Below, piece by piece: positions 44,801-58,591 of a stretch of 64,000 nucleotides of DNA. The position numbers and the translations under genes are program-made. The stretch covers positions 1,315,908 to 1,379,907 of the forward strand of contig CM082579.2 in assembly GCA_040954595.2 (NCBI GenBank), read 5' to 3'. The notes under the pieces are model-generated. The model saw only the letters and a list, made by a program, of their open reading frames with translations. It made no database searches and was not told the DNA's origin. Positions within the stretch are counted from its first letter, which is position 1. The number at the start of each line of letters is the position of its first letter. This DNA is from Balanoglossus misakiensis. Taxonomy: Eukaryota; Animalia; Hemichordata.

Positions 44801-46563
44801 TCTAACACGTCATCACCCATACAGGCAAAGTACACACATGGTTATGAGAGCGAGATTTTTAAAAGTTGGCTTCGGCGAGAGTAAACCTGACTATGAAATG
44901 CTCTTTACGTTAAAGAAAGTGACTCGATGTACTATACGCTAATGGGTGATGTTTTTATCTCCGCTCTAGTTTTGAGAGGGCTGTTGTTAGCAGGAATGAT
45001 AGCTGGAGTGATGAGTTCATTGACCTCCATATTCAACAGTGCCAGCACCGTTTTCACACTTGATTTCTGGAAGGTCCTCCGACCAACGGCGTCCAACAAA
45101 GAGCAAATGATCGTTGGCAGGTACGGTACAAATCAACCAATCACGCTCACGTACAAGTGTCCTTGTTTCTAGTGGTAAAACCTTAGCCAGAAGAAGTGAA
45201 CCGAATAAGTGAATAGTTAGGAAACTGCTCATCAAATGTGTAATGCTCTCACCAATATGTCTTATTTTCTTACTGAATTATTTTCTATTCAGAGTGTGGA
45301 TACTTGTCATGGTTACTACTGGTATCCTATGGTTGCCATATATGGAATCGTATGGAAATGGTCAACTTCTTAATTATATACAGAGCGTCAACTCACACAT
45401 AGCACCACCTATCTTAGCTGCATACGTATTGGGCATATTATGGGAAAGAGTCAATGAACAGGTAAATAGTAAGAAATATGCAAGCATATTTAATACAGAC
45501 TGTGAGGGAACTTTAGTTTATATGAAGTAATCCCCAACCGTCGGCGTTTATTTTCGTTTGTTTTGAACCGACAGGGTGTATTTTGGGGTTTGATGATTGG
45601 CCTCATTTTCGGCCTGACTAGGATGGTGTTATCATTCGTATGGACAGGTCCCGGATGTGACGAACCAGATACTCGACCAGTCTTCCTGAGCGAAATACAT
45701 TTTCTGCATTTCGCCATCATTTTATTCGTGGCGGCAATAATCGTGATCGTCTTCATAAGTCTAATAACAAAAGCACAACCAAAGGAAGAAGTGAGTATGT
45801 TGATAGGTGTCTCATTTAAATAACATCAAAAACATTATGAATTGCCGTATTCTCAATTTATCGTCAGCTTCTTATGTGGTGTGCATAGTGATCATACATT
45901 AATGAAATCACACGCACGATATACAACTTTTGTCCATTTGGGTTCACGTTGAAATGATATCTGACATTAATCTTTTTGGACTTCCAGTTAATTGGCATGA
46001 CATGGTGGACAGTTGGCCAAAGGGCGCCGTCAAATCAGAAATTAGATGACGTAGAATTGGACGAGGCCGGTGTCAGTCAAGTGAATGTAGCCGTACAAGC
46101 AGGCGACGAAGAAGAAGTGTCAAAGAATGGCGAGAAGAGAGATGAACAACCGTCAAATGAAGAAAATGGAGCGGTTCTTGACAAGGCCAAGGCAAAGGAG
46201 ACCGACATGGTGGATGAAAGAAGTAGGTAGCATTTTGGGGCAACTTCATATAGTAATAATTGAATTGTAAATATTACATTTACCAACAAAATATTTCAAG
46301 CGAAATAGATTGTTATTCCTGCATTCACTTCTCACATACCCGTTCCAGCACGAAAAGATGACGCTAAATACACGTCTGCCTGGGGCTGCCTTCTCTATTG
46401 GTTCTGTGGCTTCACCAAAGACGGCCAATTATCCACCGGGGACGAGGATGACGTGAACAAAGACATGACACTGGAGGAGAACCCGAAATGGTCGTCGTTT
46501 GTCACTGTGAACACAGTTATTATGTTACTCATTTGTGTTTTTCTGTGTGGTTATTACGGATGA
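41881..46563 (+). CDS. SLC5A: SLC5 (SGLT-like) sodium:solute symporter, tandem copy 3
   Basis: Starts [16 protein letters not shown]. Motifs [55 protein letters not shown]; ends CGYYG*. Same intron positions. Confidence 0.94.
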
Positions 46564-47138
46564 ATCCATGAAGATATAACTGATGGTGTATTATAATCCC
46601 TGATACAAGTACTCTTATGTGTGCTGGTATGAAATGTGTTCGATAGTGTTAGCCGTTCTTGAACGTTACTAGTAATCTGTTCTATCATTTTTGTATGGAC
46701 CAATATCTGTAACTTTTGTCTCTTATTCAGTATGTGGTCTATTTTTTATCTATTACAATTTCATAGTGTCCTCAAATACACAGTTTTCTGATAAATGACA
46801 ATTCATGATTTGTGTAATGACCGGACATGAATACAATTCTAACATCAGTGTCGATAATGGTCTCTTTTGCGATTCATTGTTATTCTTGATTGAAGGCTAT
46901 TGTAGCACATCACATCACGACACACACTGTCGAGTTATTGTTGAATTAGAAATATGTAATACAGTGTAACCATCTCATAAATCTAAAATGCCCGGATGAC
47001 ATTATTGAATAAGATAAAGACTGGTTGTAATTTAACCGAGATCAGTCTAGGGTCCTTATCAAGCCAGCGTCTTCGTCACTCCTTGAGCGATAAGCTCAGT
47101 GGCCAGATTTTTCTCCAGACCTCACTTTAACTTTGAAC

Positions 47139-50100
47139 ATGGCGTCCGGTGAAGAACTTGTTGCCCTTGACTACGTCATTATAGCGCTTTATTTTGTCGT
47201 TATTCTCGGCGTTGGATTGTGGGTAAGTACTGTGTTATACGTATAACAAGCATAGTTTTGCCAACTTGGTTTATCTGTGTTCAGTGTGACCTTCTGATAG
47301 CCATAAAGTTGCCAATGTGGCGAAACTTTACTTTTTCAACTCAACCACATACGACGATGGTATGGAAATTGTTGTCAACACATCTGATGACTGAATTTTG
47401 ACCAAACTGAGTTCTTCTAGTGTTTGCCTGTGGCAGATATTAAGTTTTTCAGGACTTTGTCAGTGTACAAGCAATCTTAATCGTAAGTTTGTAATCTGGT
47501 GTGCAATGAGCTTATACGTCACTGGGTGAAGATTAATAACTGCTCTTTCACCGGGCGTATTTGTATTGTTTCTTATTTATGATTTTATTGTGTATATTTG
47601 GTGTCTGGAAGTTTTGTTTACATTGTCAGCAAACAAAGTATGTACAACCAGATAGATACAACTGTTTACTAGTGATAAAATCTTACTGAAATCTTGCTTA
47701 CGCAGTTTTGATCGACGATGGATATTTCTGTCAACAAATCATAAAACCGTGTTTTGATTCGAGATGGTTGTCATCGATACCTGAAATGAGTGCATGCAAG
47801 TTAAACCCATGCTTTTCGAAAGTTAAATGACACTGATAAGCAACCGACTGAAATTTGACGTTGTCTCTCTTTCAGGCGTCAATACGAGCAAACAGAGGAA
47901 CTACCACTGGTTATTTTTTGGCTGGGAGAGGAATGTCATGGTGGCCTGTAAGTGCCATGTAAAACAAAACTTTTATAGTTAAAAAATATATATCCAAACC
48001 AAACTGCTTGGCGTACAATGAATTAAAAGAATGATGTTTTGACAGATGGACAGGTAAAAACAACAATACTAACGCCGTAAATACATTGCAAGATATATTT
48101 ATTCGCTGAGTTTTCTCTTTGTGATAGACTCTCCTTACCATTCACGACAGGTTGGTCTTTCTCTTTACGTCACCAACATTGGCAGCAGCAGTTTTATTGG
48201 CATAGCAGGTTCAGCTGCAGTCGATGGCATAGCAGTTGTCTTCTATGAATTTTCGGTAAGCATGAACATTGAATTCTGTTTAAGTGTGTGCAAAGTCTGG
48301 ATTTGATTTCATGGGTAAAGTGCCAAACAAGATTTCGTGAGGATAGCAAAGTGTAAAATGAAACACATTCTTTCTTTTCACAGGGTCTTGCATGCCTGAT
48401 TTTGATGGGATTCATATTTGTACCTATTTACATCTGTAGTGGGGTAAGTGAATTAACTAGAAATACATCAAATTGTGAGCTACCCACTCTAAACCATTCA
48501 ATACAACTACATCATCACAAGACTCAAATACGGCCAAATCATGGAATGGACTAGTGACTATAAAAGTACGCAGGCGCGGCAGTCTCGCTATGGTAGTCAC
48601 GTTGAGGGCGTATAGCCGCGGTGAGCCCCTCATCACCACATTCTATCGTGGCCCTGTATTCCGAAAACGATCCATCAATGTTCTAGCCTATTTCCTTTCA
48701 GTCGTTTACTATGCCCGACTACCTGCAGAAGCGTTTTGGCGGAGAACGCCTTCGTCTGTACATGGCCGGGTCGTCGATATTTCTGGCGATCTTCACAGCA
48801 TTAGCGGTAAGTTGTCCCTTTGAAAGCAATTATAATATTAATAGTTTGACAGGTGTTAATTTGGAACTGATCACAACAACAACAACCACAGTGTCAATGT
48901 TAATTGTTTTTCTCATCGGTAGGCTGAGATGTATGCTGGGTCTATCATCATAAAAGAAGCCGTGGGTTGGGATATTTACGTGTCATGTGTGTCTCTTCTC
49001 GCTCTCACGGCCATATACACAGTGTTTGGTAAGTTTCTTCTACGAGGTATCTCTCTCCCAAAAAAATTCAATTTTAACATGGTTCTTTTCACATGAACTT
49101 TTTGCTTTTCAAAATTGGTTTCGGGGTAACACAATTTATTATTGTTATCTCCAGGTGGATTGACAGCTGTGATTTATACTGATGCTGTCCAGTCTTTCAT
49201 CATCATAGCAAGCGCCATCGTCCTCACCATACTGAGTAAGTATCGGTCTACTTTACGTCAAACAAAGAAAACCACCTGTTGATTGCTGATTGGATAATAT
49301 TGGGACACGCATATTTTACCAGTTTTATCTATGTGCGCAATGAACATAAAGTCGTCTTGTGGTCACTTCTGACAGGTTTTGTAGAAATCGGTACATATGA
49401 CGAGTTTAAGAATCTCTACATGGACGCCGTTCCAAACACGACCATCGCCGGGAACTCAACATGTAGCATTCCAACCGAAGAGGCCTGGCATCTTTTCCGT
49501 CCCGTCGACAGCAGCATGCCTTGGCCAGGGACTCTGTTCGGAATCAACATCCTGTCGGCCTATTATTTTTGTACCAATCAGGTCAGGCGTTCTTCCAACT
49601 CCGTCTCAGACTCTGACACTGTTCACCACTGGTGCACACATATATATGTGGATTTAATGGATTGGCACACACTTCTGAATATCGTCAATTTTTTTCTACA
49701 TTTCGACAGGTGATCGTACAGAGGTGTCTGGCATCTAAAAACGTCACTCACGCCAAAGCAGGATCCGTTCTTGCGTCTTATTTGAAAATCCTACCCTTGT
49801 TCCTAATGGTTTGGCCCGGTATGATCAGCAGAATTCTCTACCCAGGTATGTCAGTTGTTTGCATGACGTTAAACCAGCAAAAGGTAAATTCTCTTCAAGA
49901 ACTGATAAATAAATCGTGTATGGCGGATGAAAACAAACACGGTTTTTCGCTTCAAAGTTCCTCCATCGAAAATAAGTCATTCTTTCCTAATTACAGATGA
50001 AGTTGCCTGCACAGATCCCGACGAATGTCTCAAGTACTGTGACAATGCCGCTGGCTGCTCAAACCTGGCCTACCCTATACTTATGATGCGTATTATGCCG

Positions 50101-51684
50101 ATGGGTAAATGTTCAACTTCTAGCCTTATTGTAAAGAGTGTGGTTTTAAAACGAATTTCGAAACTATGATGGGTTCAAAATGAAGATATAGTTTAAAACA
50201 AATTGTAATCATTAATTATCACTTACAAATTTTGACAGATTCTTTTTTTCACATTCGTCACCAGGACTACGCGGTTTGATGATGGCCGCCATGTTGGCTA
50301 CTATCATGAGCTCATTGACATCTATATTCAATAGTACAAGTACCATGATTACTGTCGATCTGTGGCAGAGACTTCGACCGAAGGCTTCGCAAATTGAACT
50401 CATGGTTGTTGGAAAGTAAGTTTGTTTGGGTCATTGAGAACTAGCTCGGTATTACGTACATGTCATGGTGACTATATAGCTTTTGAGAATTCCATGTTCA
50501 TTTAACATTGCTGTTTACATATTTTTCGGAACACAGGCTTGTGGTGTTATTATTGGTCGGTATAAGTATTCTATGGTTACCTGTTATCCAAGCATTTGGG
50601 AACGGTCAACTATTTGTCTACCTTCAGTCAATCGCATCGTATTATGATCCACCTATCATTGCATGCTACATATTGGCAATCTTTTGGTCAAGAATGACAG
50701 AACCGGTGAGTCATGGATTATTTTTCAGAGTGGTAAATCATTTGCCTTTGTGAAATTGTTTAGAGAATTTTGCAAGCTTCTTTCTAATCGTTTCACATTT
50801 TCCAACAGGCAGCATTTTGGGGTCTGATGATTGGCTTGGTGATCGGCATGACCCGGATGATCCTAGACTTCGTCTTCTCAGCTCCCGGATGTGGTGAACC
50901 TGACGACCGACCCCTGTTGCTATCCACTTTTATGTACCTCTACTTCGCCATATTTCTATTCGGCTTCTCTCTAATATTGATGGTTGTCATAAGTCTATTC
51001 ACAACTCCTGTTCCTGACGAAAAGGTGACCATATTTATCAATTTCATTTTTAAATCGCTTAATTTAAAGTAATAAGCCTTCGGACGTCATATATGATGGA
51101 CACACATAACAACCTGTTGAATATATTCCCCTAAAGCTTATTCGTCTGACGTGGTGGACTCGTCACTCCAAAGAGGAACTAGTAGAAATGACAGCAGACG
51201 ACGACAAAAAGGCAGAGGAGATAGAAATGTATGAAAACAAAGGCATGGACGATAACGAGAACGAAGCAGAGGACGAGAAAACTGAAAAGAATGACGTCAC
51301 AGAAAATGAAGAATCCGAGCAGGTGCGGGTCGATGACGCTCCTGAGGAAAGTGAAGGTAAGTTAACGTTTTCTGGACTCCCCACACTATCAAATGTTGAC
51401 GTTCGACACAGGATGACTCAAAGCTGAAAATCGCTTTGCCAGAAATTCATAATGTAAGTGTGTTCCTGCTTGTCTGTTCCTCCACAGATCGTTCGGTTTG
51501 GCGGCGTGGATTCGACTGGTTGTGCGGTTTTAACAAAGACCAGAAGCTCACTGAAGAAGAGATGGCGCAGATGGAGAAAGAGATGTGTTCCCTGGATGAA
51601 GATCCTTTCTGGGCGACAGTTGTGAACGTTGCGGGCGTTGCAACTTTGGCACTGGGCGCTTTCTGTTGGGGTTTCTTCGCATAA
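47139..51684 (+). CDS. SLC5A: SLC5 (SGLT-like) sodium:solute symporter, tandem copy 4
   Basis: Starts [12 protein letters not shown]. Motifs [65 protein letters not shown]; ends WGFFA*. AATAAA at ~51817. Confidence 0.94.
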
Positions 51685-52140
51685 AGGCTTCAATCAGAAC
51701 ATTTAAAACATAAAAATGTGATTTCCATGAACATTCCTTCAACGTATAGAGAACCTTCAATGCAGTGGCAGAGTGAATGAGTACATGAATTATATATTAT
51801 ATGAGTAAATTATTATAATAAAGGAAGTATGGATAACTTTTGGGACATAACCGGTTGGAGAAGGCAAACGGTTGTCAAATCACGATCAATTCTCTAGTAC
51901 CTCCATGATTTCAGTTAGCTGCTCCGTCTGCATTTATATTGTTTAGGAGGAGTTCATCAAGGGCTTTCTTTCTCTGCTCTTGTGTCAATTCTTTGTCTTC
52001 TTTCCGCCGATGCTTCTGGCCAAGTCTTCGTCTTCTGCTGTTATGAAAACCATGTAGAGTGGACAGCAAAGTAAACGGACGAATATGTTTCTCTAGATTT
52101 CGTCGAATAAAGAACTAGCTGCTGCAGCCTTTTATACAGA

Positions 52141-52213
52141 GCCCGGTTAGCTCAGTCGGTAGAGCGTGGGACTTTTAATCCTAAGGTCAAGGGTTCGACC
52201 CCCTTAGCGGGCG
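52141..52213 (+). tRNA. trnK-TTT: tRNA-Lys (anticodon UUU)
   Basis: GCCCGGT TA GCTC AGTCGGTA GAGC G TGGGA CT TTT AA TCCTA AGGTC AAGGG TTCGACC CCCTT AGCGGGC G. 73-nt cloverleaf with intact A and B boxes, followed by an oligo-T Pol III terminator. One G6:G67 mismatch. Confidence 0.92.
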
Positions 52214-52215
52214 TA

Positions 52216-52223
52216 GTTTTTTT
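52216..52223 (+). terminator. RNA polymerase III oligo-T terminator for the tRNA-Lys gene
   Basis: A run of seven T begins three bases after the discriminator base. Confidence 0.8.
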
Positions 52224-53041
52224 AAAAACCATAGTGACTACAATATTCGACTATTGTTTTAGTGTTATTACTAATTAATAAGTATTGAGAGGTCGAGGAC
52301 ATGTGTATAAAACGTGGGAACGTTGTATTTCCTGTATACTGTAATCCTTTTGGAGAGGGACCCTATTTTATTGCATTTAGTAATCCATAGATTCAAATCA
52401 CTTGCGTAATCCCTTAATACTAAATCCTTAAAGTTCCTTTGTCTCATTTTGTTCAATTATCCAACGCTCACGTCCACGTAAATAAAACAGAGGCTAAATG
52501 CATGTGATTAAAATGGATTTTTAAAATTAATTTTGCACTTAATTTCTCTGTCCAATTTCCCACGCTTTTGACGCAAATCATGCATTATTCGCTGTTGAGC
52601 CAAAACTTCTCTTGCACTTATATCCCAGGCGGATGAGCATACAAACTGTCTTTTAAGCCTATATTAGGAAATTCTTCTTTGGATTTGACAAATACATTCC
52701 CTCTACTGTCTATGGCTCCACAGTCGTCTTTTTTCCATACGGAACAGCGCCACCACTCACCTGATTTCAGCCGGGCGACGTGGGTGTGGCCAGAGGTGAC
52801 ACTAATTTGCATATAACCTTTCCACTGTTCGTTAACCGGAAGAGAAAGCAAGGCGGTCAGCTTGGACGTTGGGTGTGGTGAATGTGTACAGTGTGATTAA
52901 AAAAGGTGACGCCCGTTGAGTAAGTGAGTAAGCTAGCGGACAGGAAGAAGCAGGCATATTATTCAGTGTGTTGACGCGGTGAATACATACTCTGGCGGTC
53001 GTTCTTCATCACGTTTTCAGGAGAAGGTGAAACACAACAAA

Positions 53042-56000
53042 ATGGGTGAGTAAAAGTTTTAAGGCGTTGGTAGTACTGTAGTACATTTTTTCAAAGCAAA
53101 CACGCTTTCTACCTTGACTCTGTGATAACCTGCCTGTGGTAACGTCAACACTAGTCAAGTCTGAATTTTGTTCACGTTATCCTGTCGGAAAAAATCTTCC
53201 AATCCCATCATTTTGCAACTAACATTTAGTCGTCAGCTAGTGGCAGTACCTGTTAATTAAATGTGGTTACCTGTCACACAGGTAAATTCGTCGGGGGGGG
53301 GGGGGGGGGGGGAGATAAGAAACGTTGCGTGAAGTATTTTTATGACGTCTCTAAATTATTACAGGTTGTAAAACGTGAATAGCTGTCGCGATGACAAGTG
53401 GTTTAAAATTTACCAGTATTAACAAGTACGTACACACAAACGGCCTCAATATAGATCAGAGGCCTACACTACAGTACAGGTGGTTACGTGAAATTACTAC
53501 CAACCAACAGAAGAAAAAAATCAAAATGGAGACGCAAAATCGAGTATGGTCATATCAAAGTATGAAACGAAATAATTTCCAGTTTGAACGTGTAAACTTG
53601 GTGAGGGGGAATGGTTTTCCGTTTTTGTTGTAGGCCGGTGACTTGAACAAAGACCCCTGGCTTAGTATAGACAATATGTAATCGATAAATTTGATTGGAT
53701 ATGCCACTGACCTGGAAGACGTTTTGCAAAAATCTTTGTCTTAATCAAATATACAGCAAATCATAACAGGAACTTCGATACAGAAATTTTTGTGTATTAC
53801 TATAATATATATTCAACAAGTGTCAGTATGGTAGACCTTGCTGAAATTGGTAATGAACTGAAGCTCAAAAATGTCTCCCAATGTTGACTTAACAGTCAAG
53901 ATACTTCAAAGCCTAAAAACAAATAACTCCCTTTTCAAACAACAGGTACTATGTTGACATTTCAACCTGACTTGATATTTTCAGCATGTATCATTATTCT
54001 TCTGAAAAAGAGGATCTATTTAACTAGAAAAACAGGTGATGTGTCATGATAAATATTTGATCAAACAAACCCAGGAGATAACCCTGAAATGACAGGCGCC
54101 TGATCATATTTAGTCTTTGCAAACATTGTATGTTAAAGTGAACTCTGGTTTACAATTACTGCTGTCCTTATAGCTTGTAATACCCTCTTTCCAACATTTT
54201 GTAAATAAGTTTATAGCTGCCAAAAAAGGTGAATTGCTTGTAAGCCTTTTTACATTGAAATCCACATTACCAGCTATTGCGTATTACAACCGTACGTTCA
54301 TCTGACGGCTTTTTGTAAATAGGGGTAAACTCCAAGGTTAAAAACCAGTGACTAAGCCCATCCCAATGTGTGTCCAATGAACGATCAGTAAATGTCATGG
54401 CTTTGTGAAGTTGTAAGAGGCAAGATGTGTCAACAGAATAAAAAAATGTTACTGCTATGGAAAACTTTGAAGAGTTGGCTTTGTGGTTTCTGTGTATCAG
54501 CTTATAAATGATAATCCTCTGATCTGAAAGCCTTCGAAGGTCTGGTGTAGTATACATGGACATGCCTGTGGTAAGCCCATTAATCAGGATACAGAAGTAT
54601 TCATTGGGACACGTGTTAAATTACATTGTCCCACCATTGATTAATTCAAAGCAATAACTGGACTGGCACTGTTACCTTTCATATTATGTAAGGGAGTTAA
54701 CTGTGCATTGGAGTTATCTTGAACGCATATATAGCATAAATCTAAACTAGTGATCTTTAGGTCACTGGAGGGTCAACATTGTTTGAGATTAGTTCATCCA
54801 ATGGTCATTGGTTGCTATGGTGATAGATAGTCAGTTGAGAGATTTTAAATCTATCACTGAAGCGGGGATATAAGCTTAGAACTGAATGCTGGACACTGGT
54901 GATTGTTTTCAGCATGAAATTTGGTCTCATCCTTCCATGACGATGGTTCGACTGAGTCATTTTTCAGCCGGATTTAAGCGGAAACCCCTGCCCCAGTCCT
55001 GGAGTGTTTACAATATCGGTGCCAAAACCTGATTTTTTACAACCCAGAAATGATATCAACACATGCTGTGCTGAGAAATTGACGTCATAGGGCAGAGACC
55101 TTGAAATATACAGTAGTAAACAATGTGAAGTGGGATTCCTTCGTGATTACCAGGAATATGAATTTAGTTGTCTAGACCAGTGTGTGGAACGTAATAACTA
55201 AAGTGATCTGTAATGTCTGCAGTGAAAATATTCAGACCACAATATTTAGCAGAGTGTTACTTCAAATATAAAAATAACTTAGTGTTAACAAAAATCCTAA
55301 TGTTTACATTTCCCATGTGTGATCATGAAAGTCAGTTATGTTTTAAAATATGTACATTTTTTTGTTTCCTGTCTTTTGAGAACTCTATTGTAAATGTGCA
55401 GTCAACCATTGCTGTTCCATTAATACACCACCGTATTCAGTAGCCTAGGCTTTTGACTGCCATGTGTGGCGGATATCATTCAGGAAGTAAAAGCCTAGTT
55501 TATCACTCTGTGTATAATGTATGTGACACTGACAGTACGCTTCAGCTGAACACTGTCCCAGCCACAGTAGAAGGAAGTTGAATTTGCTTCTGTCCTGAGG
55601 CAAAACTCAATAGTCGGGATGAGCAAATCCTTTTCACATAACTCTCACAGCCCTACTTTCAGCTAGATCGCTGGCAGGGTTGGAAATACCAACTATCACT
55701 TTGGTATGTCACATACCAGAAATGATTCCATCCATGGATAATGATTTCAATTCGTATGCATGAACATACATGTATATGCATGGCATATTGAGTGACACTG
55801 TAACACAAGCGGCAGTACAGTGTGACCCCTGTCTTAACTATGTGAGATCTTGTGAACTCTAGTAAGTTGAGAACATACACACCGGGATGCCAAGTGTGCA
55901 GACGTTCACCTCAGCATTGTTAGGTCTGGTAAATACATACACGTCACCAGACTGTGGAAATTGTTTTGAAATGATTCTGTGGTTGAATCCTAGCAGGGTG

Positions 56001-58591
56001 TATACATATGTGTGACCCTGACTGGGGGGTCAAGTCTGAGAACCTGGTGACTTCTCTTTCAAGTACCAGGTAGCTTCAGTGTTGGTCTTTTTAACATTAT
56101 TCAACACACATATGATGTAAGGTGCCTCCCGCAATCTGCAGTATGTCTAAGCTAAAGATATGAATATATATAAAGTATTATGTAATTTATAATCATATTT
56201 AGTTTGGGATTTAACTGGGAGTCATGATGCCAGAGAGGCCAGTGAATTGGAGAGCAGATATCACGAACAATCAATTGCTGCCCCAACCGAGGTCAAAGTC
56301 ATGCATATCAATAAATGCAAGTTTTATGATCTTTTTCAGGGTGCTTTGACTGTCTTGCCCTCACGCCATTTGCATCATTGATAGCAACAATTATTCTAGC
56401 AGTCGGTGTGGGTCTCTTCTGTGGCTGTGGGTTGTATGCCCTGGATGAAACATGTAAGATGTTTAAGGCTGCAGACCTCTACCTATGTGACTGTTTAGAG
56501 TCAGGTGGCACAGACTATCAGTATCAATCTAACTTTGAATCACTGTAAGTATTATTCAGACTTTTGATATTTTTCAAGACCCAGGTGATCACCCTCAAAA
56601 GAACGAATTAAAAATTCTTCTTTTCCACCTATTGAATGGAGTAACAGTTAATGTACATGAGATGTACATGCATTTTGTAATGCGCTAAAAGAAATGAATA
56701 TTATTACATCAATAACAATGTGAGGATAAACACAAATTGATGATCTAAATACATGTCATCATGGTTCTGTTTAGGGAGTCAACGTCTTTTGATTAAAAAA
56801 ACCCTGAAAAAGCATCCAAATTTTACAGCTATTAATACTGATATAGTGTGAACCAAGCAAATGTACATTCGTGTGTACGTAAATGCAGATCATACATATA
56901 TTTTGTACATTTCTTTCCTTTCAGACGTGAGATCCTTTTTTGGACAATCATCGGTGTCACTGCCTTCATGGGAATTTGGGCTATCATCTTATTGGTCCTC
57001 AGTTTCCTGTCAACCTACAAATCCAAAACTCAAGTTTATGGAGGAGAATCTGTTTCATGTGGAGGATTTGTGTGTAATGCTTTTGTAAGTTTGAATATTT
57101 TCTAACAAGTACCTTGAAATACTGTAAACCGGGAAATTTTTGCGACAGGAAATTTTCATGATGACAAAATTAGGCAACTTTTACACAACAAAAAATAAAA
57201 GGTGTACTCAGATTTGCGTCTCTATTTTTTAAATTGCAGTTCATATTCCTTAACTATGTCCTGACCTTGGGTTGGTTGCTAGCTGCGGCATTGGCCTTGA
57301 TTCCTATTATGTCTATCGTGATGTTTTTGGCAAGTGTGTACTGTCCACCATCAGGGTCGTCAGATGTCCCCTTAGATTTACAGTTATATGGTAAGTGTGG
57401 AATACATACTCAAGTTGCCTATCTGTTGTGTGTTGGTCGTGAACCAAGATACAGTGACCTAGCTAATCTGAAATGTCCATGAATTAAGGAGCCAGTGATG
57501 TTGTCTTCTTTCCACACAGGTTATCCCATTGATTCGAGGGTACTAGAATCCAACGTCACAAGCCCAACTACCTGTGAAGAAAACTATGTGGTTCCAATTG
57601 GTACTAAACTTGACGATTTTTGTACTGATGTAAGTTCAAAAGATTTGCACATTTAACTTTCAAGGTTTTGTTGGACACAGCAGAACTTTTTGAATAAACT
57701 TGTTTGGTCATTTATAAAATATCAGACAGACAGACAGACAGACACAAACACACACAAATGCATGCATGCACATTTTGATATATGTGTTATCGGGGCAAAT
57801 AGTAATGTCATGGAAGTATTCATATGTTGTGCCCGCTAACCCCCCTCCCCCTCATGGGAATGACGAGCAGAAATATTTGTTATTTAACTTATTGGAACAG
57901 TATAAACAAAAATAATCAAATTAGTGTAACACTGGTGTTGTGAGAACATTTCCATCAATTAATCAAAGAATTAATCAAAGATATTTATACACAATATTTT
58001 TTCCAGGCTAAACATCTCCAACTCTGGTGGGGCTTATTCTTTGGCGCGTGCTGCCTTGTTGTGATTGGACTGGTAAGTGTCTAGAATTGTGTCTTGTAAG
58101 AAAGGTTGAATCTGAATGGTAAACACTGATTATTCATTTTGATTATTCAGTTTTTCACTCTCGTGTCTACAAGTGTGCGTGGTCTGACGTTGATTCTCTA
58201 TAGATCCTCATGTAGAATAATATAAACAGTGTCTTGTATCAAACATAATTACCGGTAATGGGAAAAGGGCAGCGAGAGAGAGTCTTTGTCTATCTAACGT
58301 TAGGTGTGAAAGAGTTGTATATATGTTGGCCCCAAGAGTAATCATCTCTATAGAACTGGTTCTGATTCTGAAAAGAATGATAAATTCTGAGTGATGCATT
58401 TCTGACAGTCTCCCTATTTGTCTCCAACGCAGGTTCATTTCCTGATGTGCATGTCAGCAAACTATGCCTACGTCAAAGCTGGCCTCAAGAAAAGTGACTA
58501 CGAAGAGAAGAAGTACCAGGAAGAACAGGAACTCAATGACCTTTCAGCCTACCGCTCAAGTGACAGAATAGCACCCTATGGCCCCTACTGA
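53042..58591 (+). CDS. GPM6: Neuronal membrane glycoprotein M6 / PLP-DM20 family tetraspan proteolipid; 7 exons
   Basis: Exon 1 is ATGG|gtgagt (53042-53045), matching the Met+G first exon of PLP1. Approximate further exons 56340-56544, 56925-57084, 57240-57390, 57520-57629, 58007-58072, 58433-58591. Translation MGCFDCLALTPFASLIATIILAVGVGLFCGCG...VHFLMCMSANYAYVK...YEEKKYQEEQELNDL resembles GPM6A/B. Confidence 0.93.
53293..53311. repeat. Poly-G tract in M6 intron 1
   Basis: About 19 consecutive G. Confidence 0.85.
57118..57210. mobile_element. Possible degraded MITE/DNA-transposon end in M6 intron 3
   Basis: tactgtaaaccgggaaatttttgcg resembles the TA-CTGTAAA termini of short non-autonomous elements I recall from marine invertebrates. 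No matching second terminal inverted repeat was found. Confidence 0.25.

Noticed and set aside
48568-48665. GC-rich patch with short stems in SLC5 copy 4 intron 4, considered as an HDV-like ribozyme or ncRNA
   Set aside because: I could not fit a nested pseudoknot or any known consensus by eye; probably a repeat fragment.
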